From NCBI RefSeq assembly GCF_020745735.1, contig NW_026867526.1, positions 908,416 through 972,415 of the forward strand: 64,000 nt of DNA, given 5' to 3'. Under the pieces are notes generated by a model. It saw nothing but the letters and a program-made list of their open reading frames with translations, was not told the origin of the DNA and made no database searches. The number at the start of each line of letters is the position of its first letter. Position 1 is the first letter of the stretch. Source of the DNA: Hemiscyllium ocellatum. Lineage: Eukaryota. This document shows positions 23,796-36,329 of the stretch, piece after piece. The position numbers and the translations under genes were made by a program.

Positions 23796-23923
23796 CTTTG
23801 AAAAAGACAAGAAATAAACCATGAGCATTAATGCAGATGAAATGATGCCTGAGTCTTTTACATTCCTGAGGTAGACTAACATTGAGACAGTAACAAAGAC
23901 AGACTTGAACAAAAAACACTCAC

Positions 23924-23972
23924 ATGATAAGAAAGTCAGTAATAAACTGAGAAAAATTGTCGACACAATCAT
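23924..23972 (-). CDS. IGHV: VH leader exon (MIVSTIFLSLLLTFLS + T)
   Basis: Hydrophobic signal peptide, 49 bp, donor T|gtgagt; 128-bp intron; T+GT gives Cys in frame with VQS-EIVLTQ. Confidence 0.95.
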
Positions 23973-24058
23973 TCTGATAACTTCTGGGAAGCGGTTCTGT
24001 CAAGATCTTTCTAAACAAAGCCGATCCCGGAGTGTTGAATTACGGTCCAGTGCCTAGG

Positions 24059-24065
24059 ATTTATA
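24059..24065 (-). promoter_or_regulatory. VH promoter TATA box (TATAAAT)
   Basis: Plus atttata at 24059-24065, ~87 bp upstream of the leader ATG. Confidence 0.7.
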
Positions 24066-24332
24066 TGGCCATCGGAAAGGGCAGGCTTACAGCTTCCGCC
24101 TGTTGGTTTCCTGCTGGAGGCTGAGACTGGATCCTGGTCTCAGCTTGCACAGCCCCAACACACGGGCTCATGTATTTACCAGGTTACGCTTAAACATGGA
24201 TATATACACATCTTGGGATATTTATTTTGCCGAATAGGTTCTTTGGGAGTGTTTTTTTTAAATGGTGGGAGTAAAATTGAGTAGCTTCAGGTCTGTTTCA
24301 CATGATAGTTGCAAGTATTTTGTTTTAAAAAA

Positions 24333-24787
24333 ATTCATTCGAAAGTTAGCTCCCTTTATTTCTACATTCATTCACAAGCAGATAAAACTAAAATCAAAGT
24401 TCAAACATATTACTAGCTAGTAAAACAATTGAGCTTTTATTTCCCAGGACACTGCCAGTCTCTGTCCCACTACAAAATAACATGTAATTCATACTAAACA
24501 TTTCAAAATTCAATTTAGGCAACTGAATACAGAGCGTGTCCAAAGTGATTACATTCAGAATATTCAATTAGAAGTTAACTCCCTTTAATTTTACATTCCA
24601 CCACAAGCAGATAAAGCTAAAAAGAACTTCAATCATATTATTAACCAACAAAATGAGTGACTTTATTTTTGCTGTCACTCAAGGTCTCTCTCACTTTACA
24701 AAATAACATCCCATTTCTAATCTGCGTTTCTAAATTCCATTTAGGCAACCTAATATGGAGCAGGTCTAAAGTGATTATGTTCGGAAT
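24333..24787. repeat. Old tandem duplication of a ~227-bp unit upstream of the VH promoter
   Basis: 24333-24561 and 24562-24787 share colinear blocks (ctcccttta, cacaagcagataaa, acaaaataacat, tttaggcaac, aaagtgatta). Confidence 0.8.
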
Positions 24788-25959
24788 GTGAGTGGATGTC
24801 ACTAAACAGCTTGGACCCGGAGATTAGAAGCACCTCCTTACATTGCAGAATGTCTCTCCTTGCATCTTTTTTTTTCAAATTGCTCCGACCCTAAAATGCA
24901 TAGTAAAGGAAAGCTGTGTGCCTGAGAAACAAAAAGTGAGTTGGCAGTGATACATAACACCGAGGGAAACTTTTGAAAGAGCATCTAATGAACCAGAACA
25001 GGACAGTCCATACGTTTTTTTTAAAAAATATCCTCAACATCTAAACCATTGCAGGTAACTGTCTGGGGACATCAGGAGTGTTTGGTTAAATTAGAGAGTA
25101 TTACAATAATCATTACCACGAATGTAGGTTATAAACAGTACATTTCTCTGCTCACTGATAGCTCTGACAGGGACAGTTAGCTCATAAAAATAAGCAGAAA
25201 TTCACTGTTACACGACACCAGTGTTGACCATGTATAAAGGGCCCACTCAGTTTTAATGAGATACATGAATCAGAGAATGATGCAACAAGTGATGTGAGTT
25301 TGAACCAATTCAAGTTTGTTAATTTACTTTGAGATGATAACAAATGTTACTGCAATGTGGGATTTTGGATCCATTAACTTCATATTCAGGAGCTTTAAAG
25401 ATACTCAATAAACAGACTGAACTAACCAGAATGTCACTGCATTCAATGTCCTGTTTCTGATAGTCATACAGTGAATGCTGTATTCTGTGACTTTCCTTTT
25501 TAAAGAAGAAATGCCAAGTGAAATGTATCCATTGTGAGTAAATGGGAAAATATAGTTTGTTTGGTAGGATTTTACTTTAGTTGATTCATTTTCCCTTTAA
25601 TCGGCCAGATACAATAGTTGGCAGCAATTAAGCTGACTGCAGAAAAGGTCCTTGAGTTCCCAGGTTCATTTACTGGAAGCAGGTGGAGTTTCTGCAGTGG
25701 ATCAAAGATATTTTGTCTCACTGTTGACCAGTTGGTGGAAAGCAAACTGCAAATCATAACCACTGCCTCTGCAGGAACACATCTACTCAGCAACAATACT
25801 GGAGAAAAGTTTATTTTTCAGTTGTGAAACTTGGAGAAAAAGTCACTCCTCTCATTGAAGGAAATATTCGCAGAGTCTCAGACACAACCTAAACATCAAC
25901 AATTCATTCGAGGATCACTACAGCACTGTGTAATATTGAGAAAAATTGATAAATAGTCA

Positions 25960-26270
25960 TAGAGTCATGGAGTGAGACAGCATGGAAACAGACACTTCAG
26001 TCCAACCAGTCCATGCCAGTCATAATCCCAAACTAAACTAATCCCACCTGTGTGTACTTGGCCCATATCCCTCCAAACATTTGATATTCATTTACTTATC
26101 CAAATGTCTTCTATAGGTTTATAAGTATCCACCACCAGATCATCCCACACACAAACCATTCTCTGTGTAAAAAGTTGTCTCTGATATCTTTTTAAAACTT
26201 TTTCTCCTCTCATTGTAAAAACATGTTCCCCATTGTTGAAATCCCCCACCATAGGGGAAATACGTCATGT
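25960..26270 (-). mobile_element. CR1-type LINE 3' fragment
   Basis: gtcatagagtcat tail, catggaaacagac..cagtccaaccagtccatgcc 3' UTR-like sequence shared with other copies. Confidence 0.7.
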
Positions 26271-26280
26271 CTGGGTCAAA

Positions 26281-29070
26281 AATTGAAAACAATCCCAGCT
26301 CCAAACATTTACAAAATATCACTATGGATCTTCCTTGAGTCCAGAAATGATTGTCCCCTTTGATCAATGATTTGTAAAATTTATTCGCGTATCTAATGCG
26401 ATGGACGTTTTCAAATAACTTCTGAAATGCAAGTGGCTCACATCAATCGTATTAAAGTGACATTTCGTGTATTACCCCACACACAAAAAAGACAAGTTTG
26501 TTGACATGAGTTGCTCTGAGGAAGTCTACAATGAATTCTTTTATCAAACAAAATCATTTCCAGTGTTGTGAGGGCACGTCTATCTTCTGTGCAATGGTCT
26601 GAATTTTAAGTTGTGTCTGACTGCAGATGAAACCGGCTGCTCTGGGTAAAAGTACAGTTTGTGCCTTTCACATTGTTAATGTATATTGCTGACTTTAGTT
26701 GAATAAAGGGATGTTGCCCCAGGCATCGTCTGGCACCATTAATTAGACCATTAATTTCCACATCGCTAGCCAGAGGGTCAGGTGGAGTTTATTGATATGT
26801 GATATTTTTGAAACGAAAGCTTCGTACATTTCCAGGATGAATCATGTAAATTAGAGCCATTCACCTTTCCACTCATGGCTTTATAAACTTATATGAGGTC
26901 ACCCCCCGAACTCTCACCCTCCAGTGAAACAAGTTCCAGTCTATCTGGATTTCCAACGGTAACTTTGTTCCCTCACATTCTGCTGTTAAAGATCCTCCTG
27001 CCACCCCAGGCCCACAGAGAGTGTCCCTTGATACTAGTTCAAAGAAATGAAAGGAACTTGTCCCACCATATTGTTCAATTTTATTTGGTTTCAAACACCA
27101 TAAAAAATAAATGTTCATGTCATTGCTGATTTATGGGAGAATTCCGTTTACACAGTATCTGCTGAAATACCTGCAGTACCATCCTGAATCTGGTTCGCAG
27201 GTTCACCTGTTGCTCACATTAGCAACCAGACATCAGGGAACAGTGTGTGGGATATAGGTAAAGTAGTGTTACTTCTGCAATTATAATTGCTTATACAAAG
27301 TAAATGAACTCACACCAGTGTGTAATTGCTTCAGCCAAGAGCTGAGTCAACAAGAATGGAAACTATGTGGAGGAAATACATAATTGTTTTTGTATTAGCT
27401 AAAATTGTACGCAAGAATGAAACGTGACTGCAAAACAATGGTAGATATTACAGATGAATAGATAAGATGCTGTGAGGGGAGGGAGTTAAGCTAGATACGC
27501 CTGTACAAAAATTAGGTATAAACATCTGTTTCCCACTTTTACTGAAACACAGGAACAAACCCCAATTAAAAGGGTCATAAGGATCAGTATGGTAGGGGAA
27601 GGCACAGATGGAGGGAGTAGATAATGGTGAAGAAAGGATATGCCTAACAATGACCCACAGCGGGATGAGGTCAAACGGCCTTGTGAGGCCAGAAATAAGC
27701 ATTTTGTCACAGACAAGGCTGGATAAGGCAAGAGATAAACAGGAGTAATGGGCGCTGGTCTTAGGGAAGTGGAAGATGTCAACAGGGGAGGAGCAATGAA
27801 ATAAAAAAATAGAAACCAAATTACATCAATATTGTGAATGAGTTGAATTCAGTGTGTGGGTCCCTGCCTTGTCAACATGGACATCACACCATCTTGCAAG
27901 AGTCAAATAAAGGGCACCACTGATTCAGATTTTGTCTCGGACTGAAATTATTGAAGTGTGTGAGCTTTGTTTCTCACAAGTGAACATCGTCCACACCCAG
28001 CCCTCCCCTCTTCCCTTCTGTACTTTTCACTTTGTGAAATCCGTGTTGTTAATAATCAATTAAAAGGAAGATTTTTTAAAACTTTCTTAATTCATGTTGC
28101 TGATCTTGGCTGAGTAAAGGTATGTTGCTGTCAGCATTTCTGGGGAACATGTCTGCATTGTTTTCATGTCAGTTTACAATGATATTAAGTCAAGAATTGT
28201 CTAAATGTCCTGAGAAACAACATTTAGAAATGGGTGTTCTTTCCCGACCTTTTTCCCCATAAGCCAGGATTTACAGCATGGGAGATCATATCTATGTTGA
28301 TAATGGATTAGACCCTACACAATGTTCCCGAATGTTTACTTCAAGTGCTATCACCTGCAGGGTTATGGACAACATGCTATAAAGTGGGTGTTGGCTGGAA
28401 GGTTCTGTTTTCACGTGATACAGGTGTGATGGGCGAAGTGATCTCTCTCTGTCGTGAAAACTTCATCTTTCCTCAATTCATCTTTCCTACTTTGTCTCGT
28501 TCAGCGGCTCTAATTCACATGATTCATACTGGAAATATTCCAAGCCTTCGGTTCAATGATATCAATAAACTCCACCTGACCGTCCGGCTAGCGATGTGGA
28601 AATTAATGGTCTAATTAATGGTGCCAGACGATGCCTGGGACAACATCACTTTATTCAACTAAAGTCAGTAATATACATGAACAATGTGAAAGGCACAAAC
28701 TGTACTTTTACCCAGAGCAGCCAGTTACATCTGCATTCAGATACAAAATTCAGATCATTGCACAGAAGATAGACGAGCCCTCACAACATTGGAAATGATT
28801 TTGTTTGATAAAACAGTCCATCCTAGACTTGCTTAGAACAACTCGTGACAACAAAATTGCTTGATTTTTTTTGTGTGGGGTAACACATGAAATGTTACTG
28901 TATTCCGACTGATGTGAACCATTTGCACTTCAAGTTATTTGAAAACGTCCTTCACAACAGATATGGGAACAAATTTTAGAAATCATTGATCAAAGGGACA
29001 TTTTTTTTGGACTCAAGGAAGATCCATAGTGATATTTTGTAAATGTTTGGAGCTGTGATTGCTTCAAATT
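26281..29070. repeat. ~0.57-kb inverted duplication (26281-26858 / 28506-29070) around a ~1.65-kb spacer
   Basis: e.g. caggcatcgtctggcaccattaattagaccattaatttccacatcgctagcc (~26721-26772) versus ggctagcgatgtggaaattaatggtctaattaatggtgccagacgatgcctg (~28586-28637); colinear similarity across both arms. Confidence 0.85.
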
Positions 29071-29589
29071 TTTAACTAGGACATTGGCATACAGTGGACA
29101 ACATCACAATTTGCTATAACATGAAACTCGCAACCACTGAGAACCATCGCCTGATGGTTCAGAATTTAACAAGGACCTAGCAAGGTTCGTGGAATGGACC
29201 GACGAGTGATACATGAAAATTAACAAAGGCATTTCTGAAATGATTAATTTAGCTAGGAAGAATGTAGAGACTTCCATCTCTGTTTGCATTTCAATATACT
29301 ATAAATTACTTTTCTATTATATCCTAAAATACTCGTGTCTTTGTTCATATTTAATACACTCTATCTTGTTCCGGGGTTAAGATAGTTTCTTTACTTATTT
29401 CACTCAAGACTGGATGCTGTAGTTTTGCCTCAGTATTGACCAACCTCGGTTTGGTGCCAGCTTATATCACTTGAGCTGCTTTTTCAGGAAGTGAATCTCT
29501 TCACCTGTTCAGTCAAAATAATCTGTTCATGCTTAGATCGAAATAAATCCTATTAATATCATCCCAAATTCAGACTCGGTTATTTTGTA

Positions 29590-30560
29590 TTTATTCATTG
29601 GAATTGAACAGGAATATGACCGGCTGTTCTTGGTGGAGTGGGAGGGGGAGTTAAAGTGTTCAGCCATGGGGCTGTGGGGTTGGTTGGTACGGGTGTCCCA
29701 GAGATGTTCTCTGAAATGATCCGCAAGTTAGTGTCCTGTCTCCCTGATGCAGAGGAGACCACATCAGGTGGAACAGACACAGTGGATGACATTTGTGGAA
29801 GTATAGATAAGTTTTGATGGGATGTGGAAGGATCATTTGGGGCCTTGTCGGAGGTGAGGGGGCAAGTGTGGGTGCAGGTTTTGCACTTCCTGTGGTGACT
29901 GGGGAAGGTGACAGGGGTGGGGAGTGGGCTGGTGGGGGGCATGGACCTGACGAGGGAGTCGTGGAGGGAATGGTGTCTCCGGAATGCCGATAGGTGTAGG
30001 GAGGGAAATATACCCCGAGTGATGGGGCCTGTTTACAGTGGTGGAAGCAGCAGAGGATGATATGATGTGTGCAAGGTTGGTGCGGTGGAAGGTGAGGACC
30101 AGGAGGGCTCCCTGTTGCGATTGGAGGGATGGGGTTCAAGGGCATCATCGACAACGTGGGAGGGGAAATTGCAGTCTTTGATAAAGGATCTGGGATGTTT
30201 TATGTTGGAACTGGTCCTCCTGGGAGCAGATGCTGTGGAGTCAGAGGAATTGAGAATAAAGGATGGCATTTGGTTTGGAGGAAGTGGGAGGATTGAAAGG
30301 AAATGTAGTTGAGGTTGAGCATGTACTGCTTGGGTTGGCATGTCAGGAAGAAACGGAGGGCTTCGAGGCCTCCATCATGGCGTTTGGATGTGTACAGGGC
30401 CTGGACATTCTGTTCATTCTGGGGCTTATCAATAGCTTGCAGTTATTATGGAACTGCAAGGGCAATGGCTGGGAACTCAGAGAAACCAATGGTTCAGTCT
30501 TCTGCTTGAAGCAAATTTTGACCAGAACATTTAAACACCACAAAGCTCACTGTAGGAAAT
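29590..30560 (-). mobile_element. Degenerate Penelope-like element fragment (RT C-terminus/GIY-YIG)
   Basis: Minus peptides 'GRQDTNLRIISENISGTPVPTNPTAPWLNTLTPPPTP' and 'FIKDCNFPSHVVDDAL'; the DNA resembles the reverse complement of the PLE pieces at 1-300 and 43500-43730. Confidence 0.65.
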
Positions 30561-31676
30561 GCCAGTGCTGCAACTTTTAATCATATTTGAAACTTGATTA
30601 AAAATAGGGATTTTTAGTTATAGTTTCTGAAACAATCAAGAAAAGAATTAACCGTTAGAACAAGCTCTATCAAAGAGAGAGGATTTGCAAAGTTTGAAAC
30701 CACACAGTGCTGTGGTTTATTTGAATTCAATGTCGGTCAGAGTTAGATACAGCCAAGGTGATCTCTCCATATATTGATGCTGTTAATCGGACACACCAAC
30801 AGACCTGTCTGTACTAAACTGTATTATTTGTTTAATTGATCAAAATTTAGGAAATAGATCAAACAGAATGTATTCGGCTGGGAAGGTGATGGACACAGAA
30901 GATAGAATCAAAAGCTGGGAACATTAAATCTGAAGAGACAGTAACAAGTAGTACACGATCAAAGACATAAAAAGGTGCATGTCAATGTGTTCCAGACATT
31001 AGTGAATCGAATGAGCGTGTTAGATAGTCGAGAGACTCGTCCAATGACATCCTGGAATCAGACCGTGAAATAGAGATCGAAAGGTCGATTTGCAAATGTC
31101 ACTTCAATGTGATCACTTCACACTCTGTGTCCTGATATAGGCCACATTGGCAGGTGTTTCTGACAGATTGTATCCCCTGGGTTTATTTTCTGATCAGAAG
31201 TGAGATGTGTGGCTTGCTGCTGGCACATAGAAACAGGAAGTTGCGCGCCAGCTGAGAATGATACATCAGGCGCTACTTTCCGTATTATCAGCACAAACAG
31301 TCTTCCTACCTCTGAGGGTGAACACACTGACAGTGTCAAGAACAAACAGACAGTTTGCTGTTGGTCTCAACATTGTATTCAATTCCATTCCCATTTTCCA
31401 GAATGAAACAGAAGAGACACAAGATTATTTCAGCGAGAGTAAATTATCTGTCAGAGAGATAAGAAAGAGTTATCACCGGGTGAAAGGAGCGAAATGACAA
31501 TATGTAGTTTCGCTCATAAACCTATGTTTAAAAGTAGAAAGCTTGAGGGAAGTTAATAAATAAATCTAAGAGACAGCATTCATTAAAAGTTGGAATTGTA
31601 AGGTTTAAGCAATAAAATTCAGCAGGGCTTTGGTGGAAGTGATATCATCTCGGAAGTGGTTGATTCTGTTTTCCGG

Positions 31677-31903
31677 AGCTGAAAATGTGTTGCTGGTTAA
31701 AGCGCAGCAGGTCAGGCAGCATCCAAGGAACAGGAGAATCGACGTTTTGGGCATAAGCCCTTCTGAAGGCTGATTCCTGAAGAAGGGCTTATGCCCAAAA
31801 CGTTGATTCTCCTGCTCCTTTGATGCTGCCTGACCTGCTGCGCTTTTCCAGCAACATATTTTTAAGCTCTGATCTCCAGCATCTGCGGTCCTCACTTTCT
31901 CCT
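31677..31903. mobile_element. Palindromic Penelope-derived short element
   Basis: Same arms as 16503-16685 in inverted arrangement; hammerhead-like core mutated (gcccaaaa instead of gcccgaaa). Confidence 0.75.
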
Positions 31904-31904
31904 A

Positions 31905-33150
31905 GTTGATTTAAACATGGACAAAGAACTGAATTCCAGAAATGAGGGAAGAGTGACAGCCCTTCACATTAAGGTCACATTCGACAGAGTGTGACATTAT
32001 GGAGTCCTGGCAAAACTGGATTCAATGGGTATCAGGTGACAACCTCCCTGCTGCCTGCAGTCAGACCTCACACATTGGAAGGTGGCTCTGCTTGTTAGAG
32101 GGCAGTCGTCTCAGCCAAAGCAAATCTCTGTTGGAGTTCCTAAAGAAAGTGTCCTTGGCCCAATCATGTTCAGCTGCTTCAGCAATGCCTTTCCCTCCCT
32201 CAGAAGGTCAGAAGTGAAATCTGCATTGATCTAGCACTTTTTTTTGGGACTGCTCAGTCCACATTCAAACGCAACAAAATCTGGACAATTTCCAGCCTTG
32301 AGCTGACAAGTGGCAAATAGCATTCACACCACAAACCTGCGAGACAATGACCATTGACAATAAGAGACAATCTAACCAAAACCCCTTGACATTCAATAGT
32401 GTTACCATCACGGAATCCCTCACCATCGACATCCTGGGTTTTATTGTTCATTAGAAATTGAGCTGGACACTCCATATAAATACAATGGTTTTAAGAGCAG
32501 GCCAGAGGCTAGGAATACTGCAGTGAGTAACTCACCCTCCTGACTTGCAAAGCCAATTAACTGCCTAAGAGACAGAAGTCAGGAGGGTAATAGCACAGCT
32601 CGCACTTTGACTGGACAGGAGCACCTTCAACTGCACTCAAGAAGCTAGGCATTGTCCAGGGCAAAGCATCCCACTTGATCAGCAGCACATCCACAAGCGT
32701 TCATTGCCTCCAAATCTGATGCTTAGTACCTGCCATATGCTGAAAAATGCTTTGCTCGAAAAGCGCAGCAGGTCAGGCAGCATCCAAGGAGCAGGATGAT
32801 TCGGGCATAAGCCCTTCTTCAGGCATACCTGCCAGATGCACTATCTAAAATACTGCACTGCAGTAACTTAGCCACTTCCTTACACAGTACCTTCCCACTC
32901 CCACTTGCATCTCGATGGATAAGAACAGCAGATACATGGGAACAGCACCACTGTAAGCTCCTCTCTAAACTACTCGGCATCCTGACATGGAAATATATCA
33001 TCGATCTTTCACTGTAACTTGGTCAAAATCTGGAATTCCCTTCCTCAGGTCATTTTGGAAGATGTTATTTCAGAAAGGCAGCTTTCTGCCATCTTCTGAA
33101 GGACACCTACCGACAACTAAAAGCAACCACCGTGTTCCATGAGTCAATAA
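31905..33150 (+). mobile_element. Degenerate LINE (CR1/L2-clade) RT fragment
   Basis: Decayed RT-like stretch (ggagttcctaaagaaagtgtccttggcccaatcatgttcagctgcttcagcaatg, cf. GVPQGSVLGP..F..F.ND); no long ORF. Confidence 0.5.
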
Positions 33151-36100
33151 AACAATCATTGAAGCTAATATGACAGTTTGAGAAAGTGGTTAAGGAGGCA
33201 TTATGAGTATGTAATAAGCAATCAAAAGGTTTGGAGTAAAGTTCCAGAATCAATCTCTACCATAGTAGCTTCAATTAATGAAAGAGTATGAAACGAAACT
33301 GCTGAAGTAACGAATGAGAATCACAGACCGACCAAAGGTTTGAAGCATGTTACATGGTTCAGTATTGTCCTTCAGAGGAGGATGTGTGACCTTCCTACCT
33401 GGCCTGCCCGACCTGTTCAACAAAAAGGCGATGGTTCCTTTCCTGTGCCGAACCTGACTAAAAAACCCATCAGGAGAAAGTGAGGACTGCAGGTGCTGGA
33501 GATCTGAGTTGAGAGTGTAGTGCTGGAAAAGCACAGCAGGTCAGGCAGCATCCAAGGAGCAGGAGAATCAATGTTCCAGGCATAACAATTACATCAGGTA
33601 TCTTAATGAAGGCCTTATGCTCAAAATGTCGATTCTCCTGCTCCTCAGACGCTGCCTGACCTGCTGTACTTTTCCAGCACTACAGTCTCGACTGAGAAGC
33701 CATTTGGTTGTAATAAAGCTTCTTAACAAAGATCAACCATAATTAGCCGAGCAAGATGGCAGGCCTTCAAAAAGGGAGCTGATGGCCACCTTCTTGGGAT
33801 ATGTGACTAACGTTTTCATAATTCAGTGAAGAATTCAACAAATGCTAATTACGGTGAGTCAGGCTCTTCAGATAGAGTCCAGTACAGATTTTAGATTGGT
33901 GAGTGGATGCAAAGTCTCCTGTGATGTTGCGGTGAACAGCAAGAGGGTTTCTTGCCAATATTTCACTCCAATATTTGTTCATGATGTAAAGTGTCAGATT
34001 TATTGCATTTCTGTGCTTTCTGTACATTGCCAACATTCGGATCACAGTGATGATATCATGGGACCAGTATTCTCGAACTCCAGTTTGATGTTGGATGGCC
34101 AGGGTTTGGAATATCATCGTTTGCCCAGGGTGAAATGTGAATTTAAAGAAATCCTGGAATCAGAAAGGAAGGCAAATGGTGACCATGTAACCCGAGTCAA
34201 TGGAAAAATACAAAAACAGCTGGTTCACGAATGACAAGGCATCTGTCACCTTTACATGGTCTGGCCGACATGAGATTCCAGACCCACTGGGAAGTAATTG
34301 ACTGTGTTCTGAAGTGGCTTTAGCAAGCTATTCAATGGGCAGTTGGGGATAGGGACTCATTGCTGACCCTTACCATTAAATAATACATGTAACGAAACCT
34401 TGTAACAACTATATCAATTAAATGTAATTGTTGCGGCAGTTCCTGTATTTCACGTGAATATTCTAAATTTGCAGAATTTTCAGCACTGAATTGTTAACCT
34501 AAATAAAAGTTTTAAATTATTTATCTTTCAGAAATAAATAAAATCTGTTGCAATTCGGCTTCATAAATTTTTATTCACTTCTGCAAATGGTCAACATTCT
34601 TAAAATGAACTTGTTTCGATTTGAAACTTACCACCAAATCACTTCATTCACCTGGCTTTGCTGCCATCATCACTTCCTTGAAGCCAATTAAGCATTTATG
34701 TAAATAAACACAGAAATAGAATTCTCAGAATAGATTACAGAACCACAAAACCCTAATTTATATTTCCCCACAAGCACATCACACGAATTGTGGAAAAAAT
34801 GCAAATAACTCAATGGATTCCAATACTAATTGATGTTAGGACTTTTTAATACATAAGTTGTATGATTGTTGAATGACAGAGGTATCAATTGTCATGTTTA
34901 GTCAAAAAACTATAATTAAGAGATACATTGGCACAGCTAATATTTCTGTGTCTCTTTTTCTCTCTTCCCCTCCTGCCTGCCCCCTTTTTTCTTTATCTCT
35001 GATGCCTTGTTTTGCCTCTCCACAATCGGACAATGTTTTCCTCAATAACATGAAGCCAACACCTCACCAACATTGCCTCTCAGCCAAATTCATCCATTTC
35101 TTTCGAGAGATTTGAGTCAGGACAGCAAGATTTTCTCAAAAATCTGTGAGTATTGAGTGATCTGGAAATGCTTGATAGGAATGAGGCTGCAAGACTTTGC
35201 TGTGTTAGCATTTTCATTGTATCTCAGCACTGTTATTCTTGTCTGAGGAATGTTTAATGGTTCAGTGTAATGCATATTTAGTCTATAATTAACCTTACAC
35301 TGCACATCTCATGGAAGGTTTAATATTGTAGAGGTCGATTTATTCTGTATCGACTCTGGGAGGATTTTTTTTTAGGGAACCCTGGATGCGGCTTCACTCT
35401 GTGTCTAAACCAAAATATATTTGACATGATTGCATTGGACAACACAATATAGAGGGAGATTTACCCAGCACATTACATGAGCTGTACAATCACGGAAAAC
35501 ATTTGATGTAGTCGTGTAATGGGGCTTGAACTCCTACCCACTGTCTTTCTGATTTTGAAATGCTTGATCCCAGAATAAAAAGGGAACAATACTATGCATC
35601 GAAACTTTGTTATACAAGTAGATTATCATCTACAGGCACAGACATACACACACACATAAGCAAATCATCTCTGAACAACCCTTGCAGTGTTTAATGGATG
35701 AGTACTGAGAGAGCTTTAATATGCAATGTGTGTGTATTCCATGCAACACATGCCGACAGTGTGCTTGATATGGTAGTTTAAATGTAGTTTTGATCTGTCT
35801 TTAACCTTTTCTGTGACAGCTATGGTTGTGTTTGACAAATATTCAACAGAACTGGAGGACTATAAATGTAGTCACTGCATTAGAGGCAGAATGCAATGCC
35901 ATCAAACAGTGAGAAAGATGATCCCTGTCTTTTTTCATGATGAGGAGGGATTGAAGCAGCTGGGCTTCAAACATGAAATGGAGGGTAATTTCGATGAGAC
36001 CTATATAATTCTGAAAAGACTAACTTCGAGCAAAAGTCAATGAGAGGGAACCAGAAGCAGTCTGTTCAGCCAATGGGGTTTGAGCTTCCAAACAATGACA

Positions 36101-36329
36101 TCATAGCTGAGCTGATAATCCTCACCTCCACTTTTCAGCGTTTAACTGTAAGCATTGATTCAATTCCCAAATCAAAACCTGCTCATTTCAGCCTTCAAAA
36201 TACTGACTGACCCAGCCTCGACAGTGTTCTATGGAAACAAATTCCACAGATTCACTACATTCTGGGAGACAAACTTCTGTTCTGCCTGACATTTGTGACC
36301 TCTAATTCAGAGATTTTACTCACTGGTCC

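Noticed and set aside
23443-23919. 158-aa ORF starting MFFVQVC as the VH protein
   Set aside because: It reads through the leader intron; the true N-terminus comes from the spliced leader exon at 23924-23972.
28330-28500. Possible relic Ig constant-domain exon on minus (YSMLSIT, ITSP..ENRTF-like peptides)
   Set aside because: The fragments are in different frames, there is no conserved Cys/Trp spacing or splice sites, and the similarity is too weak without an alignment.
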